The translations under genes and the position numbers were made by a program. A model generated the notes under the pieces. That model was not told the origin of the DNA. It made no database searches and worked only from the letters and a program-made list of their open reading frames with translations. This document shows positions 35,060-47,910 of a DNA stretch of 64,000 nt, one piece after another (the stretch's first letter is position 1; every line of letters starts with the position of its first letter). Source of the stretch: Paraphysomonas bandaiensis (lineage: Eukaryota > Protista > Chrysophyceae); the NCBI GenBank assembly GCA_965644295.1, contig CBFFRP010000077.1:1-64000 (forward strand), written 5' to 3'.

Positions 35060-38000
35060 TGTGTGCCCGCTGGCCGACGTTTTAAGTTTATAAGACTGCA
35101 TTGTACAACAGCTTTTTCTTTTGCAATTGCGACTGCTGTTCACGGTTTGTGTGCGGCCAGTAAAAAGAAAAGTTATATAATAAATTTACTTCACTTTTAG
35201 TGCTGAATACACTTAGGAGTGTATTGATTATTGTAGTGTGTAGAGTAGTTAGTAAGTTAGTAATATAATCTATGTTGAAAGATGGACCCGCAAGAGTTAA
35301 TAAATGTAATGAATCAACGTTTTCGACCAAATGGAGCAAAGATTGCGCCAGGAATTTAATAAACGCTTTGATGAGCAACGCCAGGATACCAATGAGCTCA
35401 AACAATCGGTAGAGGGACTTCAAGAATCCAACCAGCAGCTTGTACATTCTAATCAGCAGCTTGGAGAGCGAGTTTCAGCATTGGAGGAGAGACGATCTCG
35501 TAGAAGTTCTCCTGCAGTATCAGTAGTTGGTGAAGAGCAAGCTCCAGTTCCTGCGGCACAGAATATATCAGATATTCAAATTGAAGTCTAAATCATCTAG
35601 TGATGAAGAGCGTCGAACAGAAGTAGCTGTTTCCGAGGATTAGAAACCAGTGAATGATACTTTAGCAGAACGAGATGTTTGTGTTGCGAATCAGCCCTTG
35701 AATATTAATATTGAAAGTTTTAATTCTACCAGAGTGGAATCATTGTTGGAACAAGTTACTGTTGTTCAAATTGAGGATTGTGAGATCGAAAAGTCTTCGG
35801 AAATTTATTTATAGAGGATTCGGAATTTGTCGAAGAGGAAGCTTTGATTTCTGTTGCTGATTCTCAAGTCATTCCACTGTGTGAACCTTTAATTGAAGAA
35901 CTTGGACATCTAGAATTTGTTTCTGAGGAGTCGGAATCTACACAAGAGAATGACTCAGATGTTGTTGTATGTTCTGTTGTTATGACTGTAGATAGATGTT
36001 GTTTCAGTGAATCAACCTTCACTTGAAAAAACCTCTCTCTGCCAATGACGATATTGACTGTGATACAACTTTTATGCCAATTCTACAGTTAGCCATATCG
36101 AATGCTGTGGTTATTCCCTTAAGCTATCTTCTTGTCATGCCAGGACGAATTATGGGAGAGCATTTGATGTTGTTGAGTTATATAAAAGATCTGATTATTA
36201 CATTAGAGAACTTGTTGCATTTAACTATCTATTACTCTAGACTAGTGGTAACACAGGTTATGAAATGCTCAGTTATCTCGGGACTGCTTGTGCATTGCTG
36301 CAAGCACCTTGGTGCAACCATCCCTTGTTTTACGTTTAGTCTGGTGGTCTTCCTTTGGGTAGTGTGTCTAGTGTTCCAGATCCGCATGCGAGCCGGGGTG
36401 CAGGGGGTGACGTGCCATTCTGTGAATGTGTGTCAGCGGGGGTTTCGGGATTACTAGTTGGGGTTCTGTCGGAAATGAGTGTCGTCTGCCTCCGGATTGG
36501 GTGGGCAGGCCTGCGTTGAGGACGAGGTCTCGTGCGGGGCACGGCTCTGGGGGTGGATGTTACTTTAAGTAGTTGGAGGATCGTCGGGTTGGTGGTAGGG
36601 TGTGTGCGACGTGGTTGTACGCTGGCATGAGTCGAGGGTGGTGTCATTGTTGTCGCATCTGTACACTGTGAAATCTACAGCCTCTGTTTTTAAGCATGTT
36701 TATTCCTCCATTGTAGAGAGGGAGCAGAACTTTGGTGACGGATTTTTCGAGCTTATGGAACTGATGGTCGTGTAGCGAGGTGGAGATGTTGTGTCCGAAA
36801 GCATTTGCCAGTTGCGAGAGGCTGTTAGTTGTCCAGTCCAGTATCTCTCAACTTGGGGTGTGGTGGGATCCCATGCTGCCCTCGCCATTCTTTGTAGGGC
36901 AGTGTGGAGCCAGGGGATGGGTTGTCGTTGCCCATGGAGTTTGGTAAGCTGGGTTTGTTGTGTGTGGAAGGCATGTTCACGTATTTGGGCGATCTCAGGG
37001 TGTGGACATTGGAGAGGAGCATATACGCCATGATGTCCAAATTGTGGTCACAGTCTGTACATTTGGCTGCTGTTGTGAGTTCGTCTCCATGTTTGCCCTT
37101 GGCTCTATTTCTGCCCATCGCGTAGGATTTATCCCAGACGTATGCGGTTTCGCGGATGCGGTCATGGAATGGGACATAACAGTTGGAAGAATTATTGGTC
37201 TTGAGGGGATGAAGTCTGTGTGGAAGCCTGGTGCCGCTGCGTGTCCAGTACTGCGAGTCTCGGCTTGCACTTGTGGGGTACGTGCCGTCCCGCGTGAGGA
37301 TATACAGTATTGTTGGAGGCCCCATTGGTGTTGGAGTTCGGTGACGTCCCCTAGCATGGGTCCGCAGTCGGTGTGGAGGAATTTGTCATATCTTCTCCAT
37401 TGCCATTGGCCGGCAGTGAGGAATTCGTTGATGAGATGTGTGACCTCAGTTGTGACAACGTTGTAGTTTGTGCCGCCTAGTATTTTGTCGATCGCCGACC
37501 ACTCCCCACTGGCGGCAGCGTCAGCTATGTAAATGCCATAGTCATTGTAGGTCCATTTGTTCCGATCTTGTGTTCGTCGTTCTGGATGAGAGCGGACCCA
37601 TCGGATTGGCCGCTGTCGATGATTTTCTGTGGCGAGGCATTCATAGAAGATGCCCTGGGGCTTTGTACCGAGGGCTCGCCGCCGACGAGAGAGAGCTTCT
37701 GTGGTTCGTGTTTGTACTGCTTGGCAGTCGGTGCACATAGGTACGGTGGGGGATACGAGTTTCGAGAACGTGAGGGCTGCTGACATTGCCAGGGTCTCGT
37801 ATGTGTATGGGGTTAGCCCGGGTAGGGTTTGCTTGGGGGCTGTAAGTCGAAGGATTTTGGTTATTCCTGTGCTCCAGTTGGTTTTGGGCGGAAGCCAGAC
37901 GATTGCTGCCCCCCCGTTGTGCGTTTCGGGCTGCGTGTGAGAGTCACCTAGTAGATGAGCAGGAGAGAGATTAGTGCGAGTGAAAAAACCATCGGTGAAG

Positions 38001-41000
38001 ATGGCTTGAAATCGTGTGGGTGATTGTCGTGTAGTTGGAGTTGAGATTGGACCCTGTCGGTGGTTTCTCGGAATTGGGGCGTGGCCGGAGATGGGGGCTG
38101 CAGTCGAATTCCGAGCTGTTGTCCCCATTGGACCAGGCTAGTGATGTACAGGTCGATGTCTGGGTGATTGTGGTCGTGACGTTGTAAGATGGATATTATG
38201 GCTCGCTTGGGTTCCCCTCCAAGGGTGATGGCCCTTTGCAGTGTGTGCTACTTTTGGGTCTGGGCACAGGTGGAGAACTTACGCAAGCCAAGTCCTTTAT
38301 ATTTCGTAGGTAGATAGATGAGGGCTGTGGGGTAGCCTGGGGGTAGACGGAGGACTTTCCTGGCTGCTCGTGCAAGTAGTTTGTCTATGTCAAGGTATCT
38401 GTCGTACGTCCAGGAGGCTTTGGTGGCTTTGTAGAGTAGTGTCGGGAGTATTTGTGTGTTAAGCACTAAAAGTTTACAGTCTGGGGATGCACATTTGTCG
38501 CGAAGATGTGTTGCGGAAGTGGTGACGTAGTCGACACACCAGGCATGCGAGTCAACGTCTTTCGAGGAGAACGGGAGTAGGACACCGAGGTATTTGGTGG
38601 GGACTGTGGTGGCTCTAATTGGGATGTTGTGCGGGATTCAGTTCCAGTCTCTAATGGTTATGGTAGGCTCTGTTTCTAGCATGGCCTCAACTTCAAAGGG
38701 AGAACCTATTGCAATGCATTCCGTTTTGCCTATGGCTAGCTGAATTCCCGTGAATGCACAGAAGGAGGAGAGTCTATCGGCCTTCATCTGCGCGGTGGCA
38801 ATGGAGTTTGTTATTTGGGAGAGGTCGTCCGCGTACGCTTTGTCCTGACTGTCGTCATTAAGGTCAGACCAGCAGAGGATCATGTCGAAGATGACGATCC
38901 ATGCAACTGTGGACTCTGTTCCACCCTGTGTAACACCTCTGTCGGCGGAGAAGCCCATGTCGGGGTACCGGAGGAAGGAACCGTCGGATTGACTTAATTC
39001 CTCTAGGGTTTTGGGATCGATGTGGTCAGCCATATGTGTGGTGTCCAGATGTAGGTGCGCCCCTCGCAGTCTAGTTCGCTGAGCCATTTGATCGTGTCTT
39101 CTGGAACCCCAAGCCTCGCCCACGCGAGTTTGAGTAGATTAGGTGCAATGGAGTCGAAGGCTTTTAGGAAGTCCCAAAAGGTGCATAAAATTCTATCAGC
39201 GTGTTCAGTAATATCATTGTTGTCATGTTATTCAATTTCATTTCAAAGATTGTTGCAAGAAGAATAATTTGATTGTGGAGTTAGTTGAAAAAGTTTCAAA
39301 CGTGTTACAGAGATCAAATGAAAGACTTGTCAGCAGATGTATGAATGATTTGTGGTGACATTGTTAATGAATGTTTCAAGTTGAAATCAGTTGTTCAATT
39401 TACATTTTATTCAATTTATGGTCAGTTGCTTTTTTGGATCTTTTGATTTTGTGCAGTTTGTATTGACTGAGTTTAGTTTGTATTGACTGAGTTTAAATAT
39501 TTATTATGATGAAAGCTTGAATCGACTGAGAGTAGATTACGTTTGAGAGAGGTTGATTTGAATACTCATTGTTCTTTATCAAGAATTATCTTAGGTTAAT
39601 TGCTTTTCATTGATGCGTGGTATTGTTGTGATTCAAAATATGATGTGAGTAATGAAATCATCTATGCTCAATGGAGGGGTTGTTGAGTATGTTGCCTTTA
39701 GCCTGATCTATTTTGTTGTGTGTTGTACTCAAATATTACTTCAACATTTATTCAATTTGTGCAAGTGAAGTGCGATGTTTTGCAATGCGCAGATGTTATT
39801 GATTCCAATGGTTCAGTGCATAAAAAACTTTAATGGTTTTGTGTGATGTTTCGATGAGTTCTGTTCAATTGTATTATTATGCTTTCAAGAAAGTTATTCT
39901 TAAGATATTATTGTTGTATGACAAATCTATTGATGAGAAGACTTTGCTGAGAATGAGTTTCAATTGTGATGGCTATTAATAGTTGAATGTGTTGATGATA
40001 TTTTGCAACTCGTGATTCAATGGGAGTTCATAACGATGAGATCTTGTTGGGAGTAGTGGTTAAAAGTCTGTCATCATGTGAACAGTGTTTCATCGGTTGT
40101 ATTTTGTTCGCAAGAATGGTCGGATATACTTCTCATACGGTTGTGTCTTCAAAAACAAATGGGTCGAATGTAAAGGGAGTCTGTCACTTGAGTGAAACAA
40201 AATTCAATGTGGTGGTTATGAGAGTGAGTTGGTGATATATTATGAGGGAGAGACTGTTATTACTGTTCGAACTATTGTTGTCAGAACTATCAGATGCTAC
40301 GTTTTTGTGAGCAGCAAATTGATTCAAGGAATGCATCAATGTTTGTTACTGCATCGATCTAAGTAACTACGTGGGAATCAATGAGTCAAAATTCAATGTG
40401 GAAAACTCTGCAGCTAACTTGATGTTTTATGTAATTTCCAAGTTTTCTTTTCCATGTATGTGTTCAAAATGATTATCCACCAGTCCGTATATTGAGCCTG
40501 CTGTATCAATTCAACGAGTGAATGTTTTGGTTTCTTCCAAGTGGTCTCAAATTTCAACTGTATATATAAGTGGTAATTATCTACATCACGATGTAAATCA
40601 GTACTATGCTTTGTGAAAAAAGGTTTCATATTGATGAGTGAATGCTGGATGGAGTATTATTAATAAATAGTTATTCCGATGAAGTTGAAATAATATTCCA
40701 ATTGCTTATACTTCAGTTGCTTATCAATGTTAGCATACCATTGTGAGAGTGTGATAATGATATTGTAATTTTGAATTTGACGTGGATACGTTATGATGAG
40801 ATGTTTGGTTTCAGAAGAAGTGATTGAATGTTGCACCTCTATATATGTTTACTCATGATCGCCAAGTGTCAGTTTCAGATGTGTATCATGTTCAGTCCAA
40901 CTGTTGTGAGTTTCAATCAATGGTATGGGAACTGTGTCCGTACTTAAAATATTGTTAACACTGTTGAGAAATATTCATGGGGGTGGTCCAGATATACTGT

Positions 41001-41280
41001 TGAATTTTTCAAATAAATTGATATTGTTCAATATTTCTTCAAAACGTGGAATGAAAGGGAGATACACCAATCTAATCTGGATTTCTTTTAAACAGCTCTA
41101 TCTCAAGGAAAATTTTCTGAATGGAATAACAACTATCACCCTTGCTGACTACTGTATTATTCATTGCTACACCACTGCTATATCTGTTACCAAAGCCTCC
41201 TTCCTGTATTGTCGTCTATATTTAATAATATCTCTGTCATTATCTTACATTATGAAAGAGGTGCTGTTTCTTTCCTCTTG
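35060..41280. repeat. Unclassified long repeat, interrupted by the LINE; homologous pieces at about 54830-55400 and inverted at about 51200-51450 and 57220-57330
   Basis: Shared segments such as ttcagttgcttatcaatgttagcata and gatgagatgtttggtttcagaa. Decayed coiled-coil ORF at 35331-35591. Confidence 0.5.
36181..39190 (-). mobile_element. 5'-truncated LINE with RT, RNase H and a C-terminal zinc finger, decayed
   Basis: GVTQGGTES, KAYADDL, KYLGVL, RNase H (IFTDG, YETLA, CTDC, WVRSHPE, IADAAA), GRNRAKG...KCTDC, PKGRPPD*, structured 3'UTR. Confidence 0.88.
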
Positions 41281-42049
41281 AAGTCAAGCTACAAGACTAA
41301 GTTCAGCTCAAACGTTTTCTGTTGGGAAAATCTGATGATGAAAAAGAAGCAGGCGTGGACTCACTGATGAGAAGAAACGAATCGCACAAAGAACAAAAGC
41401 GACTACTAAACCAACTAAGTACCGCCGCTTGAAGCATATTTACTCCACTACAGGGAGGATTCGAAATAAACGACAGTCCGATGAATGCTATGCTAAGTTA
41501 AGCTAGTTAGCTAGCTAGATGCTCTAGATTGATTCATATGAACACTAATATAAAATGCTATCTTGAAATACATGGGCGTTGCTTATTCTAATTTACTTGT
41601 AAAGTTATACATAAATTACCCAAAAAAATCATGATTTTTACAATATATATATATCGAATAGAGAAATGACACAATTTTGAAAATAGCATATCTATACGAA
41701 ATAATCGAATTAAAACGTCATCCACAGCGCAAACAAAACACAATGACATAACAGTGACTATTCTGCGGTAATATTTATATCTTTCGATACATATATCGCG
41801 TAAATAGATATATATAAGTACAACTAAGCCAATATCAGATATATGTATTCCCGATATAAAAAAATTTCAAGAAAATTGAATGAAAATGATAAAAATGATA
41901 TTGCACCTGTGTAAAGTGCTAAAAAAGCTATCTTGATCCGACTTCCCGTTGCTTATTTGAATTTTCTCCGATTTCTACATATCACCAAAAATTACGTCAA
42001 ATATATGCTATACTCACAGACAGGTATATAGATACAAGCATCACACAGA

Positions 42050-43300
42050 CCTTTATACTGCCTCCTTACAATTCCTTCTTCTGGTACTGATCCCACTACC
42101 ACTACTGGACTCTATTTCATCTTCTGGTAGCCATTCCTCATAAATGAAGAACGATTAGATGGTCATAAGTCGATGTAACCGCCAAACCTGTTGAAATATC
42201 GAAAAAGTCGATTTAAGTTGAGTTTATGATACGCATTGCAATAATTAGTGTAGTAGATGTAAAGAGAACATGTTTGCAATGACATTTAATAAAATTTTAT
42301 CAATTACAGATCAAAAAATGTTGAATGAAACGGTTACATTATACATAATATATGTGCACTATAGTGCTATACAATACAAAGGTGTTATTGACTAATTAAA
42401 GTACTTACAATCGACAATCAACCGACTTCTGTCACGTTTTCCAGTAAAAATAGATGCAGAATATACTGCACCAGTGTCTGTCAACTCCTGATTGCATAGA
42501 AATAAATGAGGAATAACAATATGTATTATTACGTATATATACTACCTTCATATATTATCGCAACTGGTACTGCAGGATTGTTCAACACCGTCATTATCGA
42601 CCTCTGAACCTCATACATCCCTCTGCCGCTGTAAGTGAACTGTACAACAACCTAGCTGATATTAGGGTTCTTCACAAAAGCACCAATCTCACTCCTGCGG
42701 TACAACTTCATTAGCACTTGTACCGTCGTTGCTACAGAGCAAATATACCTTTATCACCGTTATCATCTTATATAGGTAAAACTTCAGTGTCATATCGAAA
42801 AATAGAGGTGAAAGGAGCGAAGTTCTTTGCTGTGGGAACAGTAGCCCTCTCTGATGCAGCTCAACGAATTGATAGACTGACAGCACTGAGCCTTTATACT
42901 TCACTACTTCGGGGTCTCTCCTCCCACTCATCGGCTATGGTGCCTATGAGTGTCAATGGCTTTATTGTTGAGGCGAAAGCGGACAACACAAGACTAAGAT
43001 ATTAACTCCAGGACCAACTCGTTAGCCTGCTGTCACTCATTGACAAGTTCTGTGGTCTCTGTTGTCACAGAGACCCAGAGCGAAGGCATGATATATAGGC
43101 ACTTCCTACCGCTTCCGTTAATCCTGCAGATAACTTGTTCTCCCTCGCCTTGAGAGCTTCTTCTGCATACCAACTTCCATCCACCCCTCCACAGTTCGTT
43201 TTCATGTGGTTGACACAATGGTTCTTGAAACAGGAGTGATATTACGTCTGTATTCAACGTATATTACAAGGCATAGTCAAAATCTATGCAACGCCGTTAC
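42050..43300 (-). pseudogene. Degenerate intron-containing coding region of unknown identity
   Basis: Exon-like blocks bounded by AG/GT (VVQFTYSGRGMYEVQRSIMTVLNNPAVP; ELTDTGAVYSASIFTGKRD), but with stops and frameshifts. Confidence 0.3.
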
Positions 43301-43874
43301 CTCGACATAACACCTCCGATGATATCAAACTCACACCAAAACGCTATTAGAGGGATACCCAATAAATGAATAGACAGATATCTGATGGCAGATCTCATTC
43401 GCAGTCATATCAGCTGCGTGTGTGTGCTGCTCTGTGCTGATGTGAACAGAGACCGTCGAAGCAGTCTGAATATGCTGACTGCACAGAGCCTTTCGGCCCC
43501 TCTCCAGATCGAATAAATTACTCTGATCGCTGTTCCTCAGTCCCCGAGGGTTCAGACAGGAGTCTTGTCTCTCCTTCCTCTTGCTGTGTGCTCATCTCTG
43601 TGTTTATCATCTGATGGATATGAGTGCTCTCTCTTCCCTCTTGTTAGGCCTAATAGGGTTATGAGATATGCATATGGTCACATGAACTTACTCTGATCTC
43701 GTGTGTTGTTATTGTGGGGGTGAGAGCATCGTATGAGGGGTGTGGATGATGTGTGTGTGATGCTTGTCTTAAGAGGGAGGCATCATGATCACTTCACTAT
43801 CAAAATCATAAAAAAAGTCAAAAAAGTATTTTTGAAAAAAAAACTGAAATCTGTCGTTTATTTCGAATCCTCCC

Positions 43875-44060
43875 TGTACTAATTGTGTAGAAAGGCTTTT
43901 TAGCAGAGCAAAAATCAACATATAAGTGATCTGCGCAAATCTATGGCACCTCATCGATTGGAGGCCCTTATATGTTTTTTGCGATTTAATAGATATTTGT
44001 AGAAAGCAAGTACGCAAGTACAGTTGAAGGTGCTATTCGTGCTTGTAATGAGTTAAGAAT
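43875..44060 (+). mobile_element. hAT transposase C-terminal remnant (also at about 41290-41450; right TIR remnant at about 45260-45367)
   Basis: NCVERLFSRAK...LRKSMAPHRLEAL, homologous to 53284-54304. Confidence 0.65.
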
Positions 44061-44134
44061 TTCAAAAAAGTTACATAATACACATGATGGTTGAAAAGTT
44101 CATAAGCTTCAAAATATATATAGTTATAATATTT

Positions 44135-44600
44135 AACCGCGGGCAATAAGGAGGCTATATCGTCCAGCACTTAAAATTTTGAAACGAGGGCGAGAAGCCC
44201 GAGTTTTAAAATTTGGACAAGGGGCGATACTTCTTTCAGGTTAAATTGTATCCCTAGGTTAAATGTAGCTTATCCTCATGATGTTGAAAAAATAATATTA
44301 GATTGTATAGCTATTAGTAGCTTGCTTGCTGTAATAAGAATAGGTGTTTCTCCTGACTAGCATGAAGAAACAAAAATGAGAATACATATTGTTTCAAATG
44401 AATGGTATACTTTGGGAATATATTGCAATTGCACTATAAAAGAATGTCTGATTATTACATGAGAACGGTCGTAATTGCACTATAGACCTACTCAAGCAAT
44501 AACCCCTCAGATTTCTATATTATATAATAGCGACAACAAATGTACTCTTACCACAGAAGGATACTGAGGGTATGTCAACTGTGAGGTGTTGAAATTCGTA
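44135..44600. repeat. Crypton-like dispersed repeat; inverted homolog at 61440-61822
   Basis: Shared roughly 400 bp including the CGAGGGCGA(G)AAGCCCGAG hairpin. The Crypton assignment is from recall only. Confidence 0.5.
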
Positions 44601-45605
44601 CATAATTGTGATGATGAATGTGAACAGTTGTAGTCGCACGAAAGGCCTCTTATTGCCTTAACCATCATCACATTTATATACAATGCGCTTAACCTCTACC
44701 AGTGCACCTGATTAAATGATGTGAGTATGATATGAGGCACACAATATCCTGATAAGCACAATGTAACCCAAACCCTGAAAGAACCGGATACCACTGCCCT
44801 TAACCACCTATACAGCATCAGATATGGTGTTTAAACTCTCCTGAAATATTCTTGAAGTTGTTTCGAAGTCCTGGTTATGAAGATAGATCGCTTGCACTGA
44901 CATCATTATGATCTTCTACAGCAGTCGAAAGATGGAATATAGCTTGGAGTGTTTGATGATCTGCCCTTGATAGTTTGCTCATGATTGTGGTTTCTCTATA
45001 ATTGTGTACTATAATGAATTCACATACATACATATGACTTCCAACACCATAATTAAGGTAGAAGTGAGTTCTGTTTTACCGAATATTGAAGTTGAATGTC
45101 TATATTTGACCGGTGTTGATATGAGCGCTCTGTTGAGCCCAAAGCTTTTTTTGAGACAAAATGGGGATAAACATATTTACATACTGTAGAAATTACGTGG
45201 GCAACATGGTGATATTTTATATTTTTGTTCTCTATAGCGAGTTCCCACATCTCGTAATCTAATTAGACAATAATTGGCAATTTAATTTCAATTATAATTG
45301 CGCGAGCTATAACCAGTACTGCAATTTAATTGCTCAAAAACTTTTACAATTAATTGTTGCGCAGCCGATTATGGTGCTGCATTCTGGCTGGTTCGGAAGG
45401 TTCTAATACAATCGGCCCGAATCAAGGCACCTCATCCGGTCATACCTATTACTGGTGCTTCAATGTATTTTTTTAAACTATGCTATTAGGAGCAGTTACA
45501 ACTTCTTGTCACGAAAATATCAATACCACTATGCGATGAAGTAATATTCGTAAATGGTTATTACAGATAAAGAAATCTCGAATGAATTAGTGCGTCAGGA
45601 ATATG

Positions 45606-45689
45606 AAACAATAAGCTTGTAAAATATCAGGTCCCATCTGAAACTTCCAAATGATTCCGTCATCCATTTACAGGTACAGCTTATTGCTT
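45606..45689 (-). promoter_or_regulatory. SECIS element in the GPx 3'UTR
   Basis: Minus strand: helix I AAGCAAUAAGCU..UGUAAA / UUUUACAAGCUUAUUGUUU, core AUGAC...UGAU, 11-nt helix II GGAAUCAUUUG / CAGAUGGGACC, apical GAA loop. Confidence 0.85.
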
Positions 45690-45743
45690 ACATTCGAAAC
45701 CCAATAATCCATGAGAATCTACTCATCACAAGGCGGAATCAGT

Positions 45744-46406
45744 CTAACAAGATCCGTTCTTGAGAAGACTGTCGATATCCTTGGCGATATTAGCAGTAGG
45801 GTAAAATCGGCTGTAACGCTTTACGATATTACCATTTGCGTCAATCAAAAACTTCTCGAAGTTCCAGGCAACATCGGAGCGTGTGACTGGAGACCAGAGA
45901 GTGATGGTAGTCGAGTCAAAGCCTCCACGGGGAAGAATCAACACATCAACATCATCGGCACCATTGCCTTTGCTATCACCAGAGGGGTCGTTGGGGATAG
46001 GAATCTGTGAGCGCATCCACTTGAAGAGGGGATGGGCAGCAGCTCCGTTGACATGAACTTTTCCAAACACTTCGAACTTAGGTTCGAACCCATTACCAGG
46101 ACGGACATATTTCAAGGTGTTTAGGAACTCACTCTCGTCCTCGTTAGTCTGGTGGCCAAACTGGTTGCAAGGGAATCCAACCACAGCCACAGCGTCGCCG
46201 AACTGATCCGCAATGTCATTCTGTATACAAAGTGAAACAATCCCAATAAAAATTAATATGATTACCATTGCAGTCATGTCGGCGACAGTTGTGCCTCATA
46301 AAGATGCAACATTCTCGATGAGAACAGGCTTACCACGGAACTTGCTCAGAGACACATCTTCGCCGTTCAGGGACTTGGCGGTAAATTCGTAAAGGGTACC
46401 AGACAT
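45744..46406 (-). CDS. GPX: Selenocysteine glutathione peroxidase (GPx1-like); UGA at codon 37 read as Sec; one 45-nt intron (46221-46265)
   Basis: MSGTLYEFTAKSLNG...IENVASL-U(TGA at 46296-46298)-GTT, GFPCNQFGHQ, LKYVRPGNGF, WNFEKFLI, and a downstream SECIS. Confidence 0.95.
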
Positions 46407-47379
46407 AGAGGAAAATGAGCGTTTGGCAAGACTAGTACGAGCGATAGATCTTATGGATTGCATGAACAAAGGAATAATATTGTTTTATTCCCTAAACTCA
46501 ATTGCAGCACAACGCGACAAGAATATATATGGGCACTCACAGCCACTCACTTGTATCACACTGAGGAATAGAAAGATTCCAGAAGGGTGGTGTGGGGGGA
46601 GGAATTCCAGCCGAATCCGAATGCGAATGTGCAAAAGTCGGCATATTATATAGGGTATACTGCAAGTGTACTCGAACAAATACAGACTTGACTTGCAACC
46701 CACTACACTGCCCACGACTACGGAGTACGTATATATACGTATATATAGAGAGAGTATACTGCAATGTATTCTAAGCAGTATTACAGTTGTGCTAAGGGGT
46801 CCAAACATGGACGATACTTAAGGTAACTGATATGCAAGAGTATATGACGTTAGAAGTACTAAGAAATGTCATTTATGGAAATTATATTTTGGGTAAACTG
46901 TGCAGTATATAAATCACGTGTATCAGTACCATACAGCAGAAGTTGTCTCGGTGTAAGATCGGTACTTCTTATATGCCACTCCATTAACAGGCTACCACAG
47001 GTGTCATATACGAGTCAATGGTAGAATAATGCCACCAATGCATTATCATGAGTAGTGTAATGACACCAGAACAGAGAAAAGGAAAGTGAAAGAGCCCTAG
47101 ACTTCCAGAGAAGCAGCAATCTGTCCAGGAACAACATAACCCATATCTTTCATATTCATGACCAATTTACATAAAGAGCTAGTTGAAACCACTAAATAAG
47201 AGAATAATGGTGAAGGGACAAAATATTCCATTGCCAATTGTTAAGTTATTGATGCATCATTGCCTTGATTTAGGAAGCCCGCCTGACTTCGCTCATGAAA
47301 ATCTTACTATAGATGACAATATCACCCTCAAACATATTAAAAGTTGTGGACAGAATATAAAGCATGAGTTATGAAGAGA

Positions 47380-47910
47380 GAATGCATCGTAGTACGAATC
47401 ACCCAAGAAAACGCCCCAGACACACGCTTGAACAGAATGAAGACGCTAAAGATTGCCTTGATGAAATGTTGGAGATGAATCGTAGCGTCATATTGCGGCT
47501 GCTTACTCTTCGATTCAATTAGGAGTACTTTGGGCAGCATTGTCCAAATTCTACTTAATTGGCAACAGTGTATAGGACCATCAAATTGGATAACACTCGA
47601 AACAAAGTGGCTTGGAAAAATATCAGGAATCCAGAGGAGCAGATTCAATTCTTGGAAGACATTTCACACATATCTGCTGGACGCATTGTGGATATTGATG
47701 GAATGGTCCAAAGCTCAGATGATTTTTCAGCAAGATATGGTTGGGCACCAAGAGGTGAAGATTGTGAGCGCGCACAAGTTCAGATAGGTTGCCGTTCTTT
47801 TGCTGTTCACGCTGCATACAGCGAAGGAACTGTCTCCGATATCGAAGTTATTTTTTCTTGAAGTCGATTGCGTCGTTACTTAACGATCATGCATATGGTT
47901 TATTTGATAT
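47380..47910 (+). pseudogene. IS630/Tc1-like (DDE_3) transposase remnant
   Basis: ATVYRTI helix-turn-helix, IVDIDG, RYGWAPRGE, FAVHAAYS. Confidence 0.65.

Noticed and set aside
41330-41400. CTGATGA...GAAA as a hammerhead ribozyme core (also near 53865)
   Set aside because: No supporting stems; the sequence is the acidic, lysine-rich coding part of a hAT transposase remnant.
41447-41580. Repeat shared with 60175-60305 as a possible ncRNA
   Set aside because: Both copies begin TA-CAGGG, which fits a Tc1/mariner-type terminus fragment; no conserved fold is evident.
46221-46277. Signal peptide on GPx (MTAMVIILIFIGIVSLCIQ)
   Set aside because: It is a translated 45-nt GT-AG intron. The true start is at 46406, upstream of the Sec codon.
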